Source: Candidatus Thorarchaeota archaeon | Lineage (GTDB): Archaea; Asgardarchaeota; Heimdallarchaeia; Hodarchaeales; Hodarchaeaceae | Direction: 5' to 3' | DNA: 32,000 nt | Assembly: GCA_048882505.1 (NCBI GenBank) | Contig: JBHLRO010000004.1 | Coordinates: 140,193-172,192 of the forward strand | Part shown: one piece after another, positions 24,500 to 32,000 of the stretch | How the letters are laid out: the number at the start of each line of letters is the position of its first letter | Position numbering within the stretch: position 1 is the stretch's first letter | The notes under the pieces: model-generated | The model's database searches: none | The model's input: only the letters and a program-made list of their open reading frames with translations | What the model was told of the DNA's origin: nothing | Program-made: the position numbers and the translations under genes

Positions 24500-27296
24500 T
24501 AAACTCCGAAATCAAGAGGAATATGGGGTAATTGAAGCTGCTGGTGTCCTTGGAAGAAAAAAATGGGGAATATATAATAAAAAAGGAGAAATCCATTGTA
24601 AAGTTCACGGCAAAGGGGCTTACAAAGGTTCTGATGAGGCCTACAAGGAACTCTATAGAAACTATCTAACTACTGACTATTCCCATCAAGAAAATGCTCG
24701 TCTAGCCATCAAAAAGCACCCCGTTTTTCAATCCGTCAGTTATCGTAAAAGTGATTCATCATTTTTCAAAGGAATTATTCCCTTTCTTAAAAAAGGAGAA
24801 TTAATCAATCAATTCCAATTCAACGAAATTCCCCTCTACATCTATAAACTCCAAAACGGAAAAGACTACGATTATTTGATTATTAACACTACCAAAATCA
24901 ATAAAGCTCAGTTCGGGTCGTATCTCAAACTCGATCAATTCTCTAGTAATAAAGTCATTTTCTGTATCCTCGCTCCTTGTCAATTTATGAATATTGTCAA
25001 ATTTATCTTATCCAAACCAGAAGAAGAGACAGGCATAATACGCAAAACCAAATACCATTATACTAAAAAAATTCGCCATATCTATGATGATTTGACAATT
25101 ATTCTTGATCCTCTTACTCCCGAGTATAAAGTTGATGATTACGGAGAGGTCAATACTTTTATTCAAGAGCCCTTTGATCATTTACGAAATGTAAAAAACT
25201 TTGAAGAATTTTTCAAAAAAGACAAACGCAAATTAGCCAATGCTCTTAAAGAAACCTTTGAACGTCTTCTTGGAGGATCATTACGAGGAGACCTAGAAAA
25301 TCTTACACCAAAAACCTGGAATAACCTAAGTGAATCAGCAAGCGAATTAAATCTTGACAAAGATGAATTCCTTGAAGTATTCGCAAGATATGCTCGTTTA
25401 AACAAGCTAGTAGATTACCATTACGACCAACTCAATCTAGAAGACATAGAAAAAGCCGATTTATACAGTCAAGCCTCCGAAAAGAAAAAACTCCATAAAA
25501 AATTCGTTAAACTCCTCGAATTTGACAAATCACGCTTTCATCGGAACCGTAAAATCCTACCAAACAAAACCTACAATATTATGATTCCAAGACCTTATAA
25601 ACGGCGAATTAAACATGATACCCTCAAAGAATATAAGAATCGTGACAAATTTACCTCTGATGGCTTCAGTTTTATCTATTCTGGAAATCTCCCAGATATG
25701 GATTTTTCCGCTGATCTGCTAAGCCAACAAAACAAGTACTATTCCCAAGCCATTACTAATATAGCCTTAACCGCCAGCATAATCTGGGCCAAAACACATT
25801 ATACTAATCTTACCACCATAAACGAAAAAATCAATAACTACCTTACTGCAAAAAAAGAAGATCAAATAACCCTTCCCTGCCCAAAAACCAACAAATACGT
25901 CCTAGTTCCATTCAAAATTCAACGTAAAATCCCTCTAGATACCACCCAAATCGATCATGAAACCTTCGTTCAACTTTTCGATTTGACCCTTCGGCATAAA
26001 TTAATCAAAAACAAAATCCTCATCAAACAAGATAATAAATATATTGTCAACGATACTTCTAAATTCAAATCTTACCTCAAACGCAATTATAAATATGAAT
26101 GGATTGAAATTGACTGGTTAAAGCGAAAATGGAGCGTTTCTATCGAAAAAGGTGCAAGCCTTGATTATAATGCCACCCTTGCCAACAAAATTACCGTTGA
26201 TGAAACACAACTCGGTAAACGCACCTTTGAGTGTGGTCTCCGTCTAAATCCCTCCTCAAAAAATTTACACAACATAGATCTGTTTAAAACAAGCGTTGAT
26301 GAACTAGATGAGAATTCTGCAATCGGCAAAATTCTGCTAGAAAAACTCTTTGAATCGAATCTGTTGACTTATTTTGCCAAAAAACGGGCAACCCATAAAG
26401 AAGATTTACAAAGCGCTTCTAAACCGTACGATGGCTATAAAATAACCTATCTTACACTCGCCCATTCCAACATACAACGTAAAATTCCCCAATTACGCCC
26501 TAAACTAAGTATTGTTGCTTATACCTTGGATTTGAATACATTAAGTTCCACTACTAAGCTCGTTCCCCATTTAAACGGTCTTTTCAGAGCTCGATTAAAC
26601 GATATTTACAATCAAATCGAAGACATGGGCGAAAGAATCCAAAAAATGCTATCAGTCAACGTTTCAACAAATCGATTCTCCCTTGGATTCAATATCAATT
26701 ATTATGAAGACAAATTCACAATCTCTATCTACGGTAAAGACTTCTACCAACATTTAAGCAAAATCAAAAGAGTCTCAAACCATGAAAAACTAGAAGATCT
26801 ACCCCTGCAAAAAATACGCCATCTAGAAGAACTCAAAGAACTAGAAAACGATCGACATAAGCTTAGAATTGAATTAACAATCCGAGGGTGGGAACAAATT
26901 CACACAAAAGCCTACTACCAATACTTAGACCAAATAAAACATCTCATTTTGCGTCAAGATCTCGCTTTATACAATGAAAACATCAATCTACACTGTCCAA
27001 TTAAAAAATGTCAAAAACAACCATTTAAAATCTTCTATTTAGAAAATCATATCGAATTAATGTGTCCCAAATGCCATACCACCCATAAATATGATTATAA
27101 CGAAATCAAAAACAATACCCAACATTCTGAATTAAAAAAACTCACTGAACTAGAAATTCAAGCCAATAAAGAACTAGATAGCATAGAAAGAAAAATCGAG
27201 AATGCTACTGGTAAACCAAATGGATTGAGTCGGAACAATGGAGAAATTAAAGAAGACGAACAATCTAAACAAACAAAATTGACTGATTTTGGGTAA
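24405..27296 (+). CDS. Large basic element protein (963 aa): putative Rep_trans-fold replication initiator or TnpB/Cas12-like RuvC protein, with Zn finger and C-terminal PIP box
   Basis: Motif order IDWL(569), LRLNPSSK(612), SIVAYTLDL(702), ISIYGK(773), LRIELTIR(820); CPIKKC...CPKC(864-890); QTKLTDF(956-962). Start uncertain (TTG 24405 overlaps the divergent gene). Coding status is secure; the family call is tentative. Confidence 0.4.
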   Translation: MPVTSHQDTDSFEALATIETHILVKKYFENTIKLRNQEEYGVIEAAGVLGRKKWGIYNKKGEIHCKVHGKGAYKGSDEAYKELYRNYLTTDYSHQENARLAIKKHPVFQSVSYRKSDSSFFKGIIPFLKKGELINQFQFNEIPLYIYKLQNGKDYDYLIINTTKINKAQFGSYLKLDQFSSNKVIFCILAPCQFMNIVKFILSKPEEETGIIRKTKYHYTKKIRHIYDDLTIILDPLTPEYKVDDYGEVNTFIQEPFDHLRNVKNFEEFFKKDKRKLANALKETFERLLGGSLRGDLENLTPKTWNNLSESASELNLDKDEFLEVFARYARLNKLVDYHYDQLNLEDIEKADLYSQASEKKKLHKKFVKLLEFDKSRFHRNRKILPNKTYNIMIPRPYKRRIKHDTLKEYKNRDKFTSDGFSFIYSGNLPDMDFSADLLSQQNKYYSQAITNIALTASIIWAKTHYTNLTTINEKINNYLTAKKEDQITLPCPKTNKYVLVPFKIQRKIPLDTTQIDHETFVQLFDLTLRHKLIKNKILIKQDNKYIVNDTSKFKSYLKRNYKYEWIEIDWLKRKWSVSIEKGASLDYNATLANKITVDETQLGKRTFECGLRLNPSSKNLHNIDLFKTSVDELDENSAIGKILLEKLFESNLLTYFAKKRATHKEDLQSASKPYDGYKITYLTLAHSNIQRKIPQLRPKLSIVAYTLDLNTLSSTTKLVPHLNGLFRARLNDIYNQIEDMGERIQKMLSVNVSTNRFSLGFNINYYEDKFTISIYGKDFYQHLSKIKRVSNHEKLEDLPLQKIRHLEELKELENDRHKLRIELTIRGWEQIHTKAYYQYLDQIKHLILRQDLALYNENINLHCPIKKCQKQPFKIFYLENHIELMCPKCHTTHKYDYNEIKNNTQHSELKKLTELEIQANKELDSIERKIENATGKPNGLSRNNGEIKEDEQSKQTKLTDFG

Positions 27297-27459
27297 TCCT
27301 TCCTTTTCAATCTAACTCTAAACTGATTTTTTCATATCATTTCTGTTTTAAATACTTACAATTCCCTACTTTTCTTGATTTTCGCAGACTTAGCTTCACG
27401 CTAGGCCTACCCCGACTGTGCTTGACTGCACTTGACCTCGCTTTGTTTCCCTTACCCTC

Positions 27460-27480
27460 AGCAAACCCCACCACTTTACA
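27460..27480 (-). repeat. Right arm of the imperfect 21-bp inverted repeat, abutting and overlapping the 7-bp core
   Basis: AGCAAACCCCACCACTTTACA pairs with 22831-22851. Confidence 0.65.
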
Positions 27481-27663
27481 TATGGAATTTTTGGAATAAT
27501 CAAAATTACCTTCCGACTCGGGTATTACATGATTGTCAACTCCAGTTTCAGAGGCGTCATAAACAAAATCAGAAAAACTCGAGGGTTTATGTTCGCAAAA
27601 ACTAAGGGCGGATCGTATCGTAATTTGGGATATCAAATTCTGGCGGCCTCAAAACCTATCTAG
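27478..27663 (+). pseudogene. Class I SAM-dependent methyltransferase, 3' part (61 codons plus TAG); first 7 nt are the right ACATATG copy
   Basis: TYGIFGIIKITFRLGYYMIVNSSFRGVINKIRKTRGFMFAKTKGGSYRNLGYQILAASKPI*. Ends in an LGY....(R/S)KP-type terminal strand, has host-like GC and joins the 5' part in frame. Confidence 0.85.
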
Positions 27664-27719
27664 CTGTTGTACAAGGAAACAAGATTATTTCAAACCTTCA
27701 AGGTTTGATCCGCACGCGT

Positions 27720-28556
27720 TCATATTGTAATCAAAATAATACAAAATACAGCCAGGACCATCCCAATTATTTGAAGTCGCGTGATTTTTTCCTTGAGAAT
27801 CAGCCATGCCAAGAAAACCGTAACCACTGGAAAGAAAGATGTCAACACTGCAGCTATGTCGAGACGTCCTGTCTGCGTTGCCAAAGCGAAAAAAGTATTT
27901 CCCCCGATATCGAAGATACCGGCTAACGCGATTACAATGAACATTTTTAAGTCCTTAGGGGCGTCTATTTGCCTTTTAGTGAGTAAAATAATCGTCAGGA
28001 CACTAAGTGATGCGAGACGAGCGGCAACTAGTGGAAAAAAGAGTGCTCCTGTAGTCACTCGATCAATAAAGACGAGAAAAAAACCGAACCCCGTTCCCGC
28101 AAGGACTGCAAGCTTGAGCGATTGGAGATGGTAAGTATAATTTGAACCTGAAACAAGCCAGATCGCAACTAATGCCAGGAGAAAGCCAGATATTTGTAAA
28201 GGTGTAGGAAACGTCTCCAAGAATAGTCCTACTAGTAAAGGTATGATTACTGTTGTTACAGAAGAAACAGGAGAAACTATCCCCATGTTTGTCGCTAATC
28301 CGCTGTATAAAGCTAATATTCCTAACACACCACAGGTACCAGCTAAAATACCCCAAAAAATATCATTTAAGGATGGCAGTTGTTCTAACGAGATGAAAGC
28401 AAGTACCAACAATGCTAGCAATCCAAAAATCTGTGAAATGAATACTACAGAATAGACATTCTTTTGTTTTGTAGCCAGTCCCCCGCTAAAATCGCCAACT
28501 CCCCATGAAACCGCGGAGGACAACCCATAGATCGCAGCAACTAGTTCAGTAGACAT
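27720..28556 (-). CDS. EamA/DMT-family transporter
   Basis: 10 TM in two repeats; WGVGDFSGG, MGIVSPV, LAWLILKEKITRLQIIG. Confidence 0.9.
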   Translation of the reverse strand: MSTELVAAIYGLSSAVSWGVGDFSGGLATKQKNVYSVVFISQIFGLLALLVLAFISLEQLPSLNDIFWGILAGTCGVLGILALYSGLATNMGIVSPVSSVTTVIIPLLVGLFLETFPTPLQISGFLLALVAIWLVSGSNYTYHLQSLKLAVLAGTGFGFFLVFIDRVTTGALFFPLVAARLASLSVLTIILLTKRQIDAPKDLKMFIVIALAGIFDIGGNTFFALATQTGRLDIAAVLTSFFPVVTVFLAWLILKEKITRLQIIGMVLAVFCIILITI

Positions 28557-28574
28557 ATGATCTGTATTCCAGCA

Positions 28575-28967
28575 TTAATCTCTTAATGAGCGATTAGGCG
28601 GAAATGCAAGCAACCGAATTCCGACGCCCATAGAACCACCAAGAAATCCAATTAGGGCACCAACGAGGAATATGATTAGTAAAACCAGCCATCCCATCCC
28701 CTGTCCAAGAACCAAAGCTCCAAATTGATTGAGCAGTGTATGAATTGGATTCATCAGCATGTAAACAAACCACGCAAATCCCACACCAGCTGTACCCGTA
28801 AATGCCCCACGCTTCATTGTGGTACAAAATAAACCACCAAAAAACGGAGCAATTATTATGAGTTGCCACAGTGGGGTCAACGAAATTACAAAAGAGAGAA
28901 TGGTTGTTATTAATACGGGAATAGTCTCCCGGTATAATTGATACTGATCAATTTGATTCTGTTCCAT
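28575..28967 (-). CDS. Small Gly-rich membrane protein (about 4 TM), hypothetical
   Basis: Hydrophobic ORF; likely start is ATG 28967 after a GGTGA SD that overlaps the acylase stop (frame open to 28994). Confidence 0.7.
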   Translation of the reverse strand: MEQNQIDQYQLYRETIPVLITTILSFVISLTPLWQLIIIAPFFGGLFCTTMKRGAFTGTAGVGFAWFVYMLMNPIHTLLNQFGALVLGQGMGWLVLLIIFLVGALIGFLGGSMGVGIRLLAFPPNRSLRD

Positions 28968-28968
28968 G

Positions 28969-31638
28969 CTATTCACCTGATTTCCTGAAAACAATTGTAC
29001 CTTCTATGCGAACTGCACGATTGTGGATCTTGGTTGGGGTATCTGCCAAAAAGTAGGGATCATGATATTTGCCCTCTAAGAATAATTGGAGTAACTGGTC
29101 ATTATAGTGCCTTGAGGACGTTATTCCTCTTTGCCCTGATGGAATTACAGCCAAAGACTTATTCATATTCGAGAAATCCACGATGATCCGTTCCGATGCA
29201 CCTCCTAGCGAGGAATCGGGCCTCAGAATCCAGTTGGCAAAGTCTATGTTGTTTGTATAACTTGGACTTAGAGTTACGCGTGACCCATCGCCAGGGAAAG
29301 GTCCAGAACTAAAGGCTCTAATTGGGAGAAAGAGCTCGAACAAATGGCTGAACTTTTTCTGGTGTAGCGTCCCCCACGTCCATGTGGAGATATCTGTACC
29401 AAAATAGTCTTGAAGTAACTCAAGGGCTTTATCAAATGCTTTTAAAATAATACTGTTTCTTGTTTCAACGATAGAGGGTGTATTGACATCATCAAACCAC
29501 TTTGAACTGGGATTTTCCTTCGTCAATTTTTCTAAAACTGGCCACGATGGGGTCCTAGGACTTCCCTGCGCGGCCATATCATCTTCAAAAGTCATATGAT
29601 GATAGATATTGAACCATATTTCGAAGATAGTGGGAGCAACTGCATCTTTCTCCATGATGAAGTTCCAACCGTCGAGTACCTTGTATGCTGCCTGTTGAAT
29701 TCCTTCAAGGGATCGGATTTTCAGTGTATTAAGAAGATATGGAGTAAAATTACCCGCCCGCACGTCGTACACATCATTCTGGAAGGTTATCATGTCTTCG
29801 ACCGTTATCGAATCGTCGTAGGACAAAAGATGGTTAATTCGACGTGCACGATAGCCATCTGCCCCGCCTTGATTAATAATAGATACATTGGAATATTTTG
29901 GACCCGCTATCACTTGATTTGCGGAGGCCAAATAGCCTTGCTTGGGATTTTCAGCCTGAGGCCGCTGCTCAAATGGCCAGAATCCAAGCCATTCACCTTG
30001 GCCCAACGAACCATTATATGGCATAGAACCTCCTCCAGTGTGCCATGTGGGAAGATTAGTATCATTTCGAATGGGAACCTTGGCATTTGGTCGCATTCCA
30101 ATGTTGCCATTCACATCTGCATAAGCGACGTTTAAAGGAAGCATTTCAAAGTAACGAATCGCATCCCCAAACTCCGAAATATCATGCGCATGAATGAATT
30201 GATAGCCAGCCCGAAAATCCATCGTAACGGCTTGGGATACCCACCTACAAGCGAGGACATTCTCCGAATAATTGTCGGGAATGGGAATTAATCCTGTAAA
30301 AACGGGCCCATGGACAGTAGAATTGACAACAAATTTTACAGGTTCAGGTTCTCCCTTTACAGGGATTTCTATTGCTATATTTTCAAATTCGGTGGCAACT
30401 CCTTTGTACCAGTAGTGAGTTTCATTTATGCCATTGTAATAGTACCAATCCAAAAGATCATATGCTGCAATTGTGTTTCCCCATGCCACATACCTGGTAA
30501 ATCCGGCTGCAGGAAAATTGATTCCTGGAAGGAACACGCCATAAACGTTGAAATCACTGGATAGATCGATCAAATGAGCTTCGTACCACATCCCGGGAAG
30601 TGTCCACCCCAAGTGCATGTCGATCGCTAGCATAGAGTTACCAGTAGCTGTTTTGTTACTGCCAACGACCCAATTATTGGAACCTCGATACCCAAGGTCA
30701 AGTTTTTCATTAATTCGGCCAGCTTCCATTGGAAGCTGGGCCAATCTATCCATGAATGAATTAACGAGGTCTGATAACCGTTCCGGAGGGGATTTGACTG
30801 AGTATTCCTCTCTGCCCTTTAATTTTTCAGGATTGGAGGCATTCAACGAAATATCAGAATATTCGCCATAGCTAGGGACTACCGGAATTTGGTAAGGGAG
30901 GGGAAAGCCGAATAATTCGTTATAATCTGCTGCGCCAAGCGCATCCATTACCTGAAATCGTGAAAAATCTCCGTAACCCCAGGTAAAGTATTCTGATAGG
31001 AATTTTACCAGAACCATTGTATCAATGAGCTTCCATAATCTATTATTTGGTTCAGCACCAATCAAATAATATTCGATAGGCTTATCCTCTGGATGGAGGG
31101 TAAGATATGTGTTTATCCCCTCCGAATAGGCAACCAAGGCTTGATATATCGCTTCAATTTCAGGATCATCGCGATTTGCAAGGATGAAGTTGACAGTCTC
31201 ATTAGCCCAATGATTTTGGAGTTTCATAAGATTAAACATGTCTGTTTTTAGGCTAGCTGGGCCTAAAATCTCCGAAAGAAGGCCACGAGCAATGCGGCGA
31301 AAAAGATCCATCTGAAACCACCGATCTTGGGCGTGTACATACCCTAACGCAAACATCAGGTCGGGTTCATTGGTTCCGTAAATGTGGGGAACTCCCCATT
31401 CATCACGATACACGCTCACGTCATCAACCAATGAGGGCAAAGAGAGGGTCTCCCAGTTGGGATTTTCTTGGGGGATAGTCCAAATACCATTTCCCGGGAG
31501 CAACAAGGCTCCGAGAGGGGGTATAATGCTTAATGGCAAGGATAACAAAATTATCATGAGTAGAGTGGCTATTCCAGCTATAGTTGTTTTAATCAGAACC
31601 ATTTTTCGGGAATAAGACATAATCAATCCGATAAGCAC
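28969..31638 (-). CDS. Penicillin acylase family Ntn-hydrolase (peptidase S45), membrane anchored
   Basis: RDEWGVPHIYG, GYVHAQDRWFQMDLFRR, GSNNWVV (N-terminal-nucleophile Ser), DMHL, STVHGP, SANQ; N-terminal TM. Start probably ATG 31620. Confidence 0.92.
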   Translation of the reverse strand: MLIGLIMSYSRKMVLIKTTIAGIATLLMIILLSLPLSIIPPLGALLLPGNGIWTIPQENPNWETLSLPSLVDDVSVYRDEWGVPHIYGTNEPDLMFALGYVHAQDRWFQMDLFRRIARGLLSEILGPASLKTDMFNLMKLQNHWANETVNFILANRDDPEIEAIYQALVAYSEGINTYLTLHPEDKPIEYYLIGAEPNNRLWKLIDTMVLVKFLSEYFTWGYGDFSRFQVMDALGAADYNELFGFPLPYQIPVVPSYGEYSDISLNASNPEKLKGREEYSVKSPPERLSDLVNSFMDRLAQLPMEAGRINEKLDLGYRGSNNWVVGSNKTATGNSMLAIDMHLGWTLPGMWYEAHLIDLSSDFNVYGVFLPGINFPAAGFTRYVAWGNTIAAYDLLDWYYYNGINETHYWYKGVATEFENIAIEIPVKGEPEPVKFVVNSTVHGPVFTGLIPIPDNYSENVLACRWVSQAVTMDFRAGYQFIHAHDISEFGDAIRYFEMLPLNVAYADVNGNIGMRPNAKVPIRNDTNLPTWHTGGGSMPYNGSLGQGEWLGFWPFEQRPQAENPKQGYLASANQVIAGPKYSNVSIINQGGADGYRARRINHLLSYDDSITVEDMITFQNDVYDVRAGNFTPYLLNTLKIRSLEGIQQAAYKVLDGWNFIMEKDAVAPTIFEIWFNIYHHMTFEDDMAAQGSPRTPSWPVLEKLTKENPSSKWFDDVNTPSIVETRNSIILKAFDKALELLQDYFGTDISTWTWGTLHQKKFSHLFELFLPIRAFSSGPFPGDGSRVTLSPSYTNNIDFANWILRPDSSLGGASERIIVDFSNMNKSLAVIPSGQRGITSSRHYNDQLLQLFLEGKYHDPYFLADTPTKIHNRAVRIEGTIVFRKSGE

Positions 31639-31711
31639 GTAGAATAAAAAGTTAGGTTGATCCCTTCATCCTTGACAAAACTGGTTTGATAGCTGTTTTA
31701 GTCGTTCAAAA

Positions 31712-32000
31712 CTATATCGCGATAGCGCGTCCCCTTGTTACGAGGAGTATGGGGATATCTGTAAGGTCTTGGTACATATCGGGATGTTCAGAGTGGATCG
31801 GAATTAGAAGGTCAGGGGAAATTGATTCTACGATGCGTTTCAAATCCCTTCGGGGGGCATGCCCAGACGCATGTAACTGTTTGAAATCTAGATGAAAGAA
31901 TTCGGTCCATTGTTGCAATCTCTTGAAATCTATTAGTCCCTCTTCATCAAAGGGATCTCCATGAGAGTAAATGAATACGGATTGGGCCTGTGGGTGGATA
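31712..32000 (-). CDS. MBL-fold beta-CASP ribonuclease (RNase J-like), 3' part; runs off the window edge
   Basis: Frame is open from 31999: FIYSHGDPFDEEGLIDFKRLQQW...HASGHA...LIPIHSEHP. Confidence 0.8.
   Translation of the reverse strand, partial: IHPQAQSVFIYSHGDPFDEEGLIDFKRLQQWTEFFHLDFKQLHASGHAPRRDLKRIVESISPDLLIPIHSEHPDMYQDLTDIPILLVTRGRAIAI

Larger units (their letters stand above)
22798..27477. mobile_element. 4680-bp integrated element of unknown class (plasmid/virus-like or novel transposon) inside the methyltransferase gene
   Basis: Flanked by ACATATG; in silico excision restores the reading frame. GC 18/60 in two sampled internal lines versus 26-29/60 in three host lines. No integrase or transposase recognised. 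Confidence 0.85.

Noticed and set aside
22791-27487. Archaeal bulge-helix-bulge intron
   Set aside because: The palindromic cores can pair, but registers that keep the frame lack flanking helices, the best-paired register shifts the frame, and the insert has genes on both strands.
27337-27636. 99-aa minus-strand ORF
   Set aside because: It straddles the element boundary and is antisense to the methyltransferase 3' part.
22941-27654. GCCTCAAAA 9-bp direct repeat (22941, 27646) as a target duplication
   Set aside because: The right copy is inside the methyltransferase 3' coding part and excision there would not restore the gene; likely chance.
589-31895. The many 60-145 aa ORFs nested in or antisense to long genes
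   Set aside because: Shadow frames of well-supported CDSs, with no motifs or SD support.
1-32000. CRISPR array, tRNA or rRNA genes
   Set aside because: No regularly spaced repeat-spacer series or cloverleaf/rRNA-like segment was seen; not confirmed with tRNAscan or Infernal.

Overview
Archaeal genomic window. Evidence: GGTGA/GAGG Shine-Dalgarno motifs, a PGF-CTERM tail, Lrp-TRASH and Bat-type HTH regulators, and a PIP box; gene style suggests Asgard/Heimdallarchaeia, which is inference only. 1-18.1 kb is a heme/copper locus: partial heme O synthase (ctaB, missed by the ORF track) coupled by an ATGA overlap to a 12-TM His-rich heme-copper-oxidase-like protein, then HxlR, ccmE (CxxxY type), ccmF, a membrane-anchored six-hairpin-barrel protein, a surface-anchored multiheme cytochrome with two unusual C-x-H-C-M motifs, a solo PEP-synthase N-domain, CopA with a duplicated Cys/His N-terminal module, DUF420 and a CopR-like regulator. 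Main discovery: a 4.68 kb low-GC element (22798-27477) interrupts a SAM methyltransferase gene. A 7-bp direct repeat ACATATG flanks it, and removing it restores an in-frame 302-codon gene whose 3' part (27478-27663) is absent from the ORF track. The element has no recognisable integrase or transposase. It encodes a 963-aa basic protein (Rep_trans-like motif series, or alternatively TnpB/Cas12-like RuvC spacing; Zn finger; C-terminal PIP box), a DUF2284-like protein, two small ORFs and a surface protein, with an asymmetric 21-bp inverted repeat at the ends. The window ends with EamA, a membrane protein, a penicillin-acylase-family hydrolase and a partial RNase J-like gene. No rRNA, tRNA or CRISPR array was seen. 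All family calls come from motif recognition by eye; no searches were run.
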